From Macrostomum hystrix (lineage: Eukaryota > Animalia > Platyhelminthes): DNA of 64,000 nt. This document shows positions 11,300 to 22,500 of this stretch, in pieces. The stretch is taken from NCBI GenBank assembly GCA_950097015.1, contig CATNEN010000009.1, forward strand, positions 124,001 to 188,000, read 5' to 3'. The notes beneath the pieces are model-generated. The model did not search any database. It had not been told where the DNA came from and was given only the letters and a program-made list of their open reading frames with translations. The stretch's first letter is position 1. Every line of letters starts with the position of its first letter. The translations under genes were made by a program, and so were the position numbers.

Positions 11300-12900
11300 C
11301 TGCAACTTGAATAAGATTTCCAGACAGCTTTCCTGCGCAACTAGCTCACCGGCTTGCACCGCCAGACCATTAGCAATGTGGATGATGTTGTCCTAACTAA
11401 TAATTTTTTTGTTGGGGTTGAGTAAGTGCGTGAGTGAGAAGTGATCAAGCAAGCTAAGAGAAGATAATGTATAGAGAATGAGTGACTCAGTGCTTAAGTT
11501 TTACATGAGTATAATCAAAGATTATTAGATGGCTTCATGTAACCCACGTTGGTAGACCTATATATTCACTGGTATTGTAGGTTGCAGTATATAAGTTGGT
11601 TGCTAACTATTGTGATCGGTGCATTGGTGTTGGTTGGAAACTACTGAGAGTTTAAATGAAATAGATAATTCGGTATTTAGAGGTGCATTGAAGCAGATAG
11701 GCAACTACTCATGTATGCTTTTAGGTTTCGAGCATTGAATGAGGTACGTAAATATTTGGAGGTTCATTAAAGTACGTCGATAAGTATCATTTGTGCATTG
11801 AAATCAGTAGGTAAGTTTTGAGAGGTGCTTTGAAGTAGGTTAGTAAGTGTTTTGGGGTGTTTGAACGAAGTAAAGAAAGTATTGCGAGGTGCATTGAAGT
11901 TGGTAATTTTGTGCCTTGTATTGTTCAATGGTTCAAGATTCAAGAGTTTGCGAGTTGTTTATGGGCATAACTGGCGTTGTTTCTCCATTTTTCTAACTAA
12001 ACTAATCAAATTATAGAGAGATTTAGAGAGTCAAATGTTAAAAAGCGACTTGAGGTTAGCAACATTGTACCATGACCTTTTTTCCCGGCGGGCAGAAAGT
12101 CTTGCCCGTTAATGGCCATAGATGAATTAATGCTCGGTAATTTTCCTGTGGGCATGAATTAGCCATTAACCGCCCGCAAAAAGGCATCCACCAATAGGAA
12201 TGGCTTACTGAGGCTAAAATGTCTATGGCTCTGCCCCACACCCCGTCTCTGACTCTGAAAGTATAGCTTGGGCAAAAACGTCTATGGTACAATAAAATCG
12301 ATACCCAAGCTTTGCGGCCGTCATTGAAAAATCCTCGGGCGCCTAATGGCGCCCTCTGATTTTCCATTAACGCCCTTAAAGCATGGGTATTAATGGTATA
12401 TTACCTTTCAGTCGTAAACTTACGAAGCAGATTCGCAGCTGATACTTTTGCTGAAGCTTTGCTTGCTAAGTGAAAGGTGCGAAAGCAAGAATGAGATTTC
12501 AGGTGGTCAAGCAAAAAGGCATGAACCAACGGCCCTTGGGCTGGGAGAATCTCTCTGGCGGCCCTCACTTGCTAGTAAAGCAGGATAGCGAAGCTATGAT
12601 GAAGCACAGTCCGTTATAGGTTGGGAGGAATTGATTTGCCCCATGGGTAGTCAACGACCAAGTGACCGGCAAAAATTACACATTCTCTGCTACACAAAAA
12701 GGGCGATCGCTCGAGACTTCAGCGGTTGAAGTTCACTGCAGTTTCTCTGCGAAAAAAATTATGCTACTTAGAATCAGTAGACAAGCTTCATCATACGTTC
12801 ATTCCGTAGCGTGAGCAACAGTGCTTGAGGCTGTGGAACAAATTTTAACAGAATTTAAGTGCCCTCTCTTACGATCTCATGAAGGATCGGAGTGCTACTA

Positions 12901-13749
12901 CGCCATTTTACCTCCTATTTTGAACAAAGTCTTGTTCAAAAGAAACAAACAGAATTTCAATTCAAACACTAAGAAATATCAGCGCTTGCGGAAATTCAGT
13001 TCAAACAAAGTCCCTTTCTATTGAAACAGAAGAAATTCAATTCAGACTGTCTATTGCCAAAATTGTCCCCGAGTGACGCGCACGCGCAAACTTGAAATTC
13101 AAAGCTCCATCAAGCTTAACGCTGATCGTTTTCTCCGTTACGTGCGGCTTTTCTGGGAGTTGCTGGCGCAGCTTAGCATTCATTTCTTTTAGCGTGATAA
13201 GCGGATTCGCTTGGATGAGACCAAGTACGTGGGCCTGCATTTCTCCATCCCACTTGGACTTGAATCGTTTGGCTCCGCCCTTGGGCTGCTTTTAGGTGCT
13301 TTTAGGCTGCGAGGCTGCTGTTCTACGATATCTTCATCGACTTCTGCTTCAAATTCATCGATTCCTTCTTCTTCCAGCAATTAATCGTCTTCTTCAATCT
13401 GATCTTCAGCATTCATATCGTTTCTTGTTGCGCAAAGATTGCACAGTTATGCAGTGCAGGAAAAACAAAAAATTATATTAATGTAATAAAAATTGTATCT
13501 GTGTCAAAAATCTCTGTTGAAATAGAACATGTGAGTTTGTTTCTTTTGAATTTCAAGTTTGCGCGTGCGCTTCACTCGGGGACAATTTTGGCCATGGACA
13601 GTCTGAATTGAATTTCTTCTGATTCAATAGAAAGGGAATTTGTTTGAACTGAATTTCCGCAAGCGCTGATATTTCTTAAAGTTTTTGAATTGAAGTTCTG
13701 TTTGTTTCTTTTGAACAAGACTTTGTTCAAAATAGGAGGTAAAATGGTG
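12901..13749 (-). mobile_element. Non-autonomous IS630/Tc1/mariner-like deletion derivative with ~200-bp TIRs
   Basis: 12901-~13105 is the reverse complement of ~13545-13749 (cgccattttacctcctattttgaacaaagtcttgttc.. / ..gaacaagactttgttcaaaataggaggtaaaatggtg), flanked by TA on both sides. The internal minus-strand remnant KGGAKRFKSKWDGEMQAHVLGLIQANPLITLKEMNAKLRQQLPEKPHVTEKTISVKLDG resembles an ITm winged-HTH. The catalytic domain is absent. Confidence 0.75.
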
Positions 13750-14339
13750 TAGTGTGCTTCTCTAGGGGTGACCTAGGGTTGACCTAGCGTAGGATTGACC
13801 GCGTCGGTTTCAACAAAATTACGAGTACAAACTTGTAGTCGCAAGTATAGAGGGACTTGTGGATCTGCAGACGGACCTGGTGGGCATCACAGTAAACAGC
13901 TACTGAAGCAAAAACAGGTCTCACATGGCGCACTCTCCAGCAAAGCCGGAGCATTTTCAACCGGCAATTGAAAGAGTGGAGCAGGCTAGTGGCAATGGGA
14001 CTTCACAATATTTGCTTATCAGTAGAAAGACTACGGGGTATTTAAAATGCCCACATTTTTTTCTTCTGTATCCAAAAATACTTCAAGTTATTCAAACTAA
14101 ATCGGCATGAAAATCTAGAACACGGTCTAAAATTTTCCTCTCAATTCGATGAAACAACTTTCAAAAGCGCAAAACATCGGCACCTTTGAGATATTAAACA
14201 ATTTTTGTCAGGGAGTTTGGTGGCGAAAACCACCAATATAGAGGCGTAATTTTTCTGTTCCCTAAATTTTGTCATGCACCCGTCGGCTATATATATTTTT
14301 ATGCTGTATTGATTATATCGCTATTTTTATATTATTGAA

Positions 14340-15747
14340 CCTGATATGAATTCGCCATACAGGTTTATACAAAGCAATGTTAGCCTGATATGAATTCGCC
14401 ATACAGGTTTAAACAAAGCAATGTTAGCCTGATATGAATTCGCCATACAGGTTTAAACAAAGCAATGTTAGCCTGATATGAATTCGCCATACAGGTTTAT
14501 ACAAAGCAATGTTAGCCTGATATGAATTCGCCATACAGGTTTATACAAAGCAATGTTAGCCTGATATGAATTCGCCATACAGGTTTAAACAAAGCAATGT
14601 TAGCCTGATATGAATTCGCCATACAGGTTTAAACAAAGCAATGTTAGCCTGATATGAATTCGCCATACAGGTTTAAACAAAGCAATGTTAGCCTGATATG
14701 AATTCGCCATACAGGTTTAAACAAAGCAATGTTAGCCTGATATGAATTCGCCATACAGGTTTAAACAAAGCAATGTTAGCCTGATATGAATTCGCCATAC
14801 AGGTTTAAACAAAGCAATGTTAGCCTGATATGAATTCGCCATACAGGTTTAAACAAAGCAATGTTAGCCTGATATGAATTCGCCATACAGGTTTAAACAA
14901 AGCAATGTTAGCCTGATATGAATTCGCCATACAGGTTTAAACAAAGCAATGTTAGCCTGATATGAATTCGCCATACAGGTTTATACAAAGCAATGTTAGC
15001 CTGATATGAATTCGCCATACAGGTTTAAACAAAGCAATGTTAGCCTGATATGAATTCGCCATACAGGTTTATACAAAGCAATGTTAGCCTGATATGAATT
15101 CGCCATACAGGTTTATACAAAGCAATGTTAGCCTGATATGAATTCGCCATACAGGTTTATACAAAGCAATGTTAGCCTGATATGAATTCGCCATACAGGT
15201 TTAAACAAAGCAATGTTAGCCTGATATGAATTCGCCATACAGGTTTATACAAAGCAATGTTAGCCTGATATGAATTCGCCATACAGGTTTATACAAAGCA
15301 ATGTTAGCCTGATATGAATTCGCCATACAGGTTTATACAAAGCAATGTTAGCCTGATATGAATTCGCCATACAGGTTTAAACAAAGCAATGTTAGCCTGA
15401 TATGAATTCGCCATACAGGTTTATACAAAGCAATGTTAGCCTGATATGAATTCGCCATACAGGTTTAAACAAAGCAATGTTAGCCTGATATGAATTCGCC
15501 ATACAGGTTTAAACAAAGCAATGTTAGCCTGATATGAATTCGCCATACAGGTTTAAACAAAGCAATGTTAGCCTGATATGAATTCGCCATACAGGTTTAA
15601 ACAAAGCAATGTTAGCCTGATATGAATTCGCCATACAGGTTTAAACAAAGCAATGTTAGCCTGATATGAATTCGCCATACAGGTTTAAACAAAGCAATGT
15701 TAGCCTGATATGAATTCGCCATACAGGTTTATACAAAGCAATGTTAG
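14340..15747. repeat. Minisatellite, 32 x 44 bp
   Basis: Unit cctgatatgaattcgccatacaggttta(a/t)acaaagcaatgttag; 1408 bp = exactly 32 units. The only variation seen is the single A/T position. There are no spacers. Confidence 0.98.
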
Positions 15748-15799
15748 TTGTCCTTTTCACCAGGCTCTTCGACAAGAATCTCTGAATATCTCGACGAAG

Positions 15800-15923
15800 C
15801 TGACGTCGGACGGCTTTGAAAGTTAGTTCATCGTATAAAGGGCGGAAGATTATGATTATGAATTCGCCATACTGACGTCGGACGGCTTTGAAAGTTAGTT
15901 CATCGTATAAAGGGCGGAAGATT
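15800..15923. repeat. 52-bp direct duplication separated by a fragment of the minisatellite unit
   Basis: ctgacgtcggacggctttgaaagttagttcatcgtataaagggcggaagatt occurs at 15800-15851 and 15872-15923. The 20-nt spacer contains tatgaattcgccata from the 44-bp unit. Confidence 0.9.
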
Positions 15924-16680
15924 TTGATCAATATGGTAGACTTTCACGAAAATCGGTCATTCGGTTCGGGAACTTCGGTCTAGTAGGCAGTGGGTGTTTG
16001 AAAAACACCTCCCTGCTCTTTCTACTCTTTATGATAATTAAAAGTAAAGCCAGAAAACACAAAAATGACATTCAGAGCTGGGAAACAAGATGAGCTTAAA
16101 AACACATATTATAGGATATTTTACCTCAGTTTTAGCCCGGCGGGCGTGAAATCCCATCGCCTCTAAGCTTCTTCTGAGCACTGGCTCATATGTACTGAGT
16201 CGAAAGCTAACAGAGAGAGAGAGACACGGAGGTCGTGAAAACACAGAAAGGCAGTATCCTTAAATGCTTCGCTACTAAAATGTTTCGTATTAAAGGTGAC
16301 AAAATTCACAAAGCACTTCAGGAAAAGCGAATGTGCTATGCAAGTGTTTAGGGTGCGCCAAAAGTAAGTTCAGTGCACTTCTCAGAGAGATGCAACTGAT
16401 CGCAAATCTTTCTAATCTGCACTTCGATGACTCTATAGCAGTAGACCATGGGTTTGCCAGGCTTTACAATACTCCTCTCGGGACCATAAAGCGAAAATAC
16501 AGAAACTATCTTTCTCCCTGTACTGAAGCAGTGACACTTGCTCCACAGGCTTTGCTAAGAAGGGTACCCGAAATTCGAATATCCGTAAGACTCGTAATCT
16601 CGTAATTTTGGGTTGACACCACAGTGTCATACCCCTAGCCTAGACACACGACTCAAACCCGGAAGCAGTTCGTTTGATAC

Positions 16681-18861
16681 AATACAATACAATACAATAA
16701 ATACAATGGCCACCGGCCACAAGTGGTCAGGAAAGGGGGACATTGTCAAAAAGCACGCTTAGCTGCGCAGTCTCTGATGAAGGTAGCGCCATTGATCTGA
16801 TCAGGCGACCTGGCGTCTTCTGTCAGACAGTCGACGAACCACCGGGTCCGCGCCTGCCCCCGCCGGAACGGGCCCTGCTGACTGTACAGCAAGACCTCCT
16901 GCAGCGGCTCCGGGCAGTAGGACTCGGCGCGAATGACGTGGCCCGCCAGCTTCAGGCGGCGCTGTCGCAGGGTCACGCTGGGAGGGCTCAGCTTGGCCCG
17001 CTGGTAGAGAGCCTGGTTGGTGACGTGTTCGGCGTGACGGTGCACGCTGAAGGCAGCGCGCAGCAGGCTGGAGTGCGCCGCGTCCAGCTGGCGCTCCAGC
17101 ACATCCGTCATGGTCCAGGTCTCGGCGTTGTAGAAGAGCACCGTTTCCACCACAGCCTGGAACAGTCGGGTTCTCAGCTGGTCTGGCAGGGCGTCGCTTT
17201 GGAGCACGATGCGCACTGAGCGGAAAGCCGCCCACGCAAGCCCTCTGCGACGCCGCAGGTCCTCCTGGACGCTGGGCACGAGACCACCAAGGTACCGGAA
17301 CTGCTCACATCGGGGGAGCGGTGCTGCCGTTGCGCTGTCCATGCTGGGAAGGCGGATGACCGCTGGCAGATCGGCTGGCACAGTCAGGACCTCCGTCTTC
17401 TTGGCGTTGATCTTAAGGCCAACCTTCGCAGCGGCAGCAGCTAGGCCGTGGAGGAGGCATTGAGCACCAGCAGCAGTGGATGCCAGCAGGGCGAGGTCAT
17501 CAGCATATCCGAGGACTGCCAGCCGCTTCTCCGGGTGCCGGCTGCTCGTTCGCCTGCATAGGATGTAGCCGTCCGAGTTGTCCGGTAGTCCTGTCCGCAG
17601 CACCCAGTCCAAGATGAGGATGAACAGGAAGGGAGCGAGGGTGTCTCCTTGCAGGACTCCGGATGAGGTGGTGAAGAAGTCGGAAAGGCCGTCAGGTGTG
17701 ATCACAGCAGCGTGCGTGTCGTGGTAGAGCGCCATCACTGCTGCAATCAGTTTCTCTGGCACGTTGTAGGCTCGGAGAACTAGTGGAATCACGCCTCGAG
17801 CCACCGAGTCGAAAGCCTTCAGGAAGTCGATAAACAGACAGAAAAGGTCCGACTGGCGAATGCGCGATTCCTCGATAATTCTCCGGAGCGCCAGAATTTG
17901 CGTGACTGTACCACGTCGGGGCCGGAACCCATTCTGCTCGTACCGCAGGTAAGGGTCCAGCACTGGCTGCAAGCGCGACAGTAGCAGCTTGTTGTGCAGC
18001 TTGGCGGCACAGGACATCAGGGAGATGCCCCGATGTTCTTCAATCTTGTTGGTGCCCGGCTTCTTGGGGATTCCGACGATATGTGCTCGGGTCCACTCCG
18101 GAGGTGCGACACCAGTATCGAGAACGTTGTTGATCACCCTGGCGATCTCCTGGGCGACCTTGGGCAGTCTGAGCACCTCGTTGGGAACTTCGTCGGGACC
18201 CGTTGCCTTGCCGCCTGGGATCTTCTTGGCGAGCTGACAAACATCGATTGCGGTCACGTGGCCGGTACAGAAATGATGCGGAGGCGGCAGTGGCGTGTCA
18301 GGGGGCAGCGCCAGCACATCAGGGAGCGCAGGTGGTGGCGCATTCACTATGCTAGCGAAAAAGTCCCGCAGGCTGTTCTTGCGCTCATCCGGCGTGTCCC
18401 CAACCAGGTTGAGCGCCGTGCGTTGCTTCCTGCCAGTGAGGGTGTTGATGGCAGTCCACACGGTGCCGCTTTTCCTGTCCGGGGCGGCGGAGGTGACGGC
18501 GCGGATGGCCTCGCTCACGGCAGCCAGCTGCTGCTCTTTGTAGACAATGGCGAGGGCCTTTTCCGCCTCGTCTGTTGTGTGCCTGCTCCTCCTGAGTCGC
18601 TGCACTCGATCTTGGGCCTCTCTGATCGCTGGGTCGCTCATCCACACTGGTTGTGAGCGCTGCGATGGACGCACGAGTGGTAGCGTGCTTTCCGCCGCGG
18701 TGTGGATTGCGGCGCATATGTCACCATACTGAGCGTTGTGGGTGTCGCCCAGCGCGGTGGAGAAGGCGCGAGAGAAGCGGTTCCTAGTTGCTGGGTTCCG
18801 CAGTGCTCTAAAAAAACGCCTCGGTCTTTTCTTCGGTGGTCGGTACAAGGGGTCACGGAGA
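16681..18861 (-). mobile_element. RTE-clade LINE, 5'-truncated, with TSD and (TATTG)n tail
   Basis: 10-bp direct repeat CGTTTGATAC at 16671-16680 and 18862-18871; (tacaa)n tail at ~16677-16705 on +. It contains an uninterrupted RT frame and lacks the endonuclease domain. Confidence 0.92.
16746..18848 (-). CDS. RTE LINE ORF2 reverse transcriptase (5'-truncated)
   Basis: 700-aa ORF with RGISLMSCAAK, QNGFRPRRGT, FIDFLKAFDSV, GVLQGDTLAPFLF, GYADDL, KINAKKT and FRYLG motifs. The frame stays open to the truncation point. Confidence 0.93.
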   Translation of the reverse strand: MYRPPKKRPRRFFRALRNPATRNRFSRAFSTALGDTHNAQYGDICAAIHTAAESTLPLVRPSQRSQPVWMSDPAIREAQDRVQRLRRSRHTTDEAEKALAIVYKEQQLAAVSEAIRAVTSAAPDRKSGTVWTAINTLTGRKQRTALNLVGDTPDERKNSLRDFFASIVNAPPPALPDVLALPPDTPLPPPHHFCTGHVTAIDVCQLAKKIPGGKATGPDEVPNEVLRLPKVAQEIARVINNVLDTGVAPPEWTRAHIVGIPKKPGTNKIEEHRGISLMSCAAKLHNKLLLSRLQPVLDPYLRYEQNGFRPRRGTVTQILALRRIIEESRIRQSDLFCLFIDFLKAFDSVARGVIPLVLRAYNVPEKLIAAVMALYHDTHAAVITPDGLSDFFTTSSGVLQGDTLAPFLFILILDWVLRTGLPDNSDGYILCRRTSSRHPEKRLAVLGYADDLALLASTAAGAQCLLHGLAAAAAKVGLKINAKKTEVLTVPADLPAVIRLPSMDSATAAPLPRCEQFRYLGGLVPSVQEDLRRRRGLAWAAFRSVRIVLQSDALPDQLRTRLFQAVVETVLFYNAETWTMTDVLERQLDAAHSSLLRAAFSVHRHAEHVTNQALYQRAKLSPPSVTLRQRRLKLAGHVIRAESYCPEPLQEVLLYSQQGPFRRGQARTRWFVDCLTEDARSPDQINGATFIRDCAAKRAF

Positions 18862-19011
18862 CGTTTGATACTTGGGCGAAAAAAGCATATTTACGCTCAC
18901 TGTAGTCGTGAAAATCTGGTCTGGTCTGCACCTAAAAACTAGTCATAGCGCTTTTGAGAAAAAATATGTGCTTATGTAAAACTATGCTGTCTGCCCATCC
19001 CTGCTTGGGTT

Positions 19012-19709
19012 CAGGCACGGATCCAGGATTTTTTTCGGGGGCGGGGCAAAATTTATGAAGGCAGACCCCCCGGTAAGGACTTTGACTTCGTGCCTTCTTC
19101 ATTCTCAAAAAACTTTGTCTAAAGGTGCAGTTTATCATGGTTTACAATTCTCTGTATTTATAGTAGAGCACAACTGTTACGACAGATGTTATTGTCAATG
19201 ACTCACATGACCGCTATAGGTACGAGTATAGCAATAGCATAGGTAAATATATATTTCATTATAGTAATTATTACTTGTGTTGCGTAAACAATAGTTATGA
19301 TAGTAAAAATGAAATTCGTTTTTGAATATTAGCAGTGAAGTATATTCTACGAGTATATTTAAATATTTTTATAATCGACTCGCTACGCTACGCTCGCTTC
19401 TATAAATTAAACATGCCATTTTCTAAGAAAAATCATAGTATTAGTCGTAATCGTAATCGTAGAGTTAAGATATAAGACATAGTCGTTAATTTTATTTTAT
19501 CGCACAAAATTTTCTGCAGGAAGCTTTAGCAGTAATAATAATATAAACTCCTTCTGAAGCACTCTATGCATTGTATAAATGCAGAAAAATGCTCATTTGA
19601 CATGATAAGATTTAACAAAATATTTTTCATTTTCGGGGGGGGATGCCCCCCCTAAAAAGTTCTGGGGGGGCAGCTGTCCCCCCGGCCCCCCCCCCTAGAT
19701 CCGCCATTG
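19012..19709. mobile_element. hAT-like MITE (GC-rich CA..GCGGATC termini)
   Basis: Left end caggcacggatccagg; right end ctagatccgccattg (rc caatggcggatctag); G/C-run subterminal tracts. Flanks cttgggtt / gtggggtt match at 6 of 8 positions, as expected for a decayed 8-bp TSD. Confidence 0.6.
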
Positions 19710-21379
19710 GTGGGGTTCTAGCTTTGCAGTCCTGAGCTGCCATATCAGACAACGAAGTAGTCCTGCTCCTACTTGAACTGTCTACTCGTAATTCTATAGA
19801 ACTTAGTTGCCACGCTTGAACTTATTCGTCTCGGTTGTTCTGCTAATCAAGCCACTACTTAAACAGTGCTACATAAATGAGAACCAAATCAAACGCCGAA
19901 GCCTCGCGAAGGCCCCCCCTGGCAGAAAGAGAGGGCCTCACCCGACCCGGTAAAATGCAGCCTACTTCACCAATGTACGAGTACCATAAATTATGACCGT
20001 GCCGGAAGTAACTGGTGCAGAGTAGCAAGCTCTATCAGTGTGCTATTCTTTTAAAGCATCGGGCATTCCGCTGCTCAAAGAGATTCTGCATGCTGGATAA
20101 TATTCTCAGCAGCGGAACATTGATGATACTCAAACATCTCACCCAGAACTTACCGATCAGTGTATATGAAGCACAGGCGCAAGCCCGCAGGTTAGGAATT
20201 CGATATTGATGCCTTGCACGCGAAACTGTCTTTTCGGCTCCGCAGCGACTCAGGTCAAAATTGCCGTCGGGTTTTTATAGCCTCAGCCTCACACAGGCGC
20301 AGTCGACAAAAGGCGAAATTGCGAATAAGATGCCTAATTGCCGACCAAGGCAAAATTGCCCGGCGGGAGATCAATCACTATATAGGCGAAAATTGTCCGC
20401 CGGGAGCCTGAAACAGCCCGCCAATCGACAGAATAATCAGAAGATTCTCTTTTGGCGCCGAAAGGAGGCCAAAATCGTTTGAACGTGAGAATGCGATAAT
20501 TTAAAGAAAACATCAATTATAAATTTATTTCGATTACTCTGCGTTCGGTGGCTTTTGATCCAGTGAATTTTTGCAATTGCCCCCCGATTGTCCGACAAGA
20601 TTTACGTCAATTTCTTATAATGGTAGGCTAGACCAGGCTTTCAATTGCAAAATCAAATATTTTCAGCTGCAAATAGCTAAACAATTTTTTTCAAATCCGA
20701 AAATCGGCAATTCGATGGTCATCATGCCCATAGGTGAGACAGAGATCAAACGGCTTAAACCTGAATCGCTCTGCCCTCCATCCTGAGTAGATACACTCCT
20801 GCCGGTGCTTGCATGAGAGCTGTTTCGATGCTTTCCTCTTCCGCCTGCCCCTCCATGTCCTCTTGTACTCTACAAGCTCTTGTTTGTCTTCTGCTCATCC
20901 CTTCCCGTTCGTCATTGCCCTTCCAAATCCTATATCACCCTTGCCTTCTGATGCCCTTACAAGCACGAATTGTAAAAACTTTCTTTACTGCCTCAACCGA
21001 CGAGAATTGCTCATTCTTCTGCCCTCGATCTCTACCTGAACCTAAGAGTATTCACTCACCCTTCTGCCTAGACTGCCTGAAACAAGAATTCTAGATATGG
21101 CGCTCAGCGCACAGCTACCCTGGTTTCCCCACCGGTCAGCAGTGAAATAGCTCTCGAATCGTGGGAAATGTAAATGTGACGTCACTCCAAAATTAAAGCT
21201 TCCGAGGATGAGGATTTGCCCTGAGTCTCATACGAGCTAAACAATATTCGTATGGTCGATTTGTGCACGTGCTGTTTTGCTTCAAAGAATGGCGAGTATT
21301 TAAATTTTTATGCTCAAGTAGTCAGAGTTTTAAACACTTGCGTACAGAAATTTAACACCTTGCTAGCGTGCCTTCGAGA

Positions 21380-22500
21380 GATGATAGACCGATGTAGACA
21401 ATAGAGTGACGTGCATGGTAGTGGGGTTATTAGGAATCGACATATGCGTGTGCGTATACGTAGTCAGCGAAATCGCGACCAGTGCTCGACTTAGAACCCC
21501 CCTGCAACCTGCGTTCCTGCGATTGCGCACATACTCAGGCGAGAAAGTGGTCATCGAAGGGTGCATCCATGTTTCAGTCCAAGTGAATGTAGCGGTGCCC
21601 ACCCAAGGTGGTCAATCTGGTGGTCGCTGGCCGTAGCTCAGATTTGCTCGGCACAGATTAGTTGTCCGAATTGCAGCTGGACTTCTCATCAAGCAAATAG
21701 CGGCTGCTCCTGAGGTATCTACAAGACTGCGGTAGCTGCTCGACAAGTAAGAGTGTTTTCCCCGGAGCTCGGAAAATTCAACGGGCCACCGGTGAGTCTC
21801 TAGATGAAATCAGGTGGTCAACCTGTTTTTAAGTCCTGGTACCTACCTTTTGCCCTGAAGGATCGGGTCGAGAACCAACTAAACCGCGAGATAGAACAAG
21901 GCATCCTTGTGCCGGTGCAGAACTCAGAATACGCCTCACCTATTGTTCCTGTGCTCAAGGCAAGCTTGGTACGACTCTGCGCCGACTTTTAACAGACAGT
22001 CAACCCGAATGTCGAGATTCGTATCCCTTACCGTGGATCAAGGAGCTATTGGCGAAGCTGGCTGGTGGACGGCTCTTCAACACACCGGAATTGTCTCGGG
22101 CCACTTTGACGTCCACTTTGTCTCCGACAGTTGGAGTTTTTTACCGCTGAATGGATTGCCTGCTGCTAGGTATTGCCGGCACTGCCTGCTCCATCGACGA
22201 CCTCATTATCACCAAGGACTATGAAAGCCATCTGAATTATTTGGAGCAAGTGCTAGAAAGAATTAGTCTAAGTGGACTGCACTGCAAGCTGGAGAAGTGC
22301 AAGTTTATGCAGCCAAGCATCAGCTACCTTAGTCACCGCACCGACGCGGACGGTCAGCACACCACCAAGGACAACAAGCAACGAGCGATCACACAAGCTA
22401 CGGCTGCCAAGAATGTCACGCAGCTGGGCAGCTTCCTTGGCATGAAGAACTGCTACGACAAGTTCCTGCCTAATCTGTCCCCACAATGTGAGTGCAAAAG
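21380..22500 (+). mobile_element. Degraded Ty3/Gypsy pol relic (protease-RT)
   Basis: Frameshifted fragments LRTYSGEKVVIEG; LPFALKDRVENQLNREIEQGILVPVQNSEYASPIVPVLK..VRLCADF; IDDLIIT; LEQVLERISLSGLHCKLEKCKFMQPSISYLSH. Confidence 0.85.

Noticed and set aside
11680-11910. Cryptic aggtgcattgaag repeat upstream of the receptor
   Set aside because: Degenerate and irregularly spaced low-complexity sequence with no defined unit or function.
14340-15747. CRISPR array
   Set aside because: Units are contiguous with no unique spacers, there are no cas genes, and the context is eukaryotic.
16743-18942. Many overlapping short ORFs, including the 220-aa ORF at 17994-18656
   Set aside because: They are antisense or alternate-frame shadows of the GC-rich RTE RT, which depletes stop codons.
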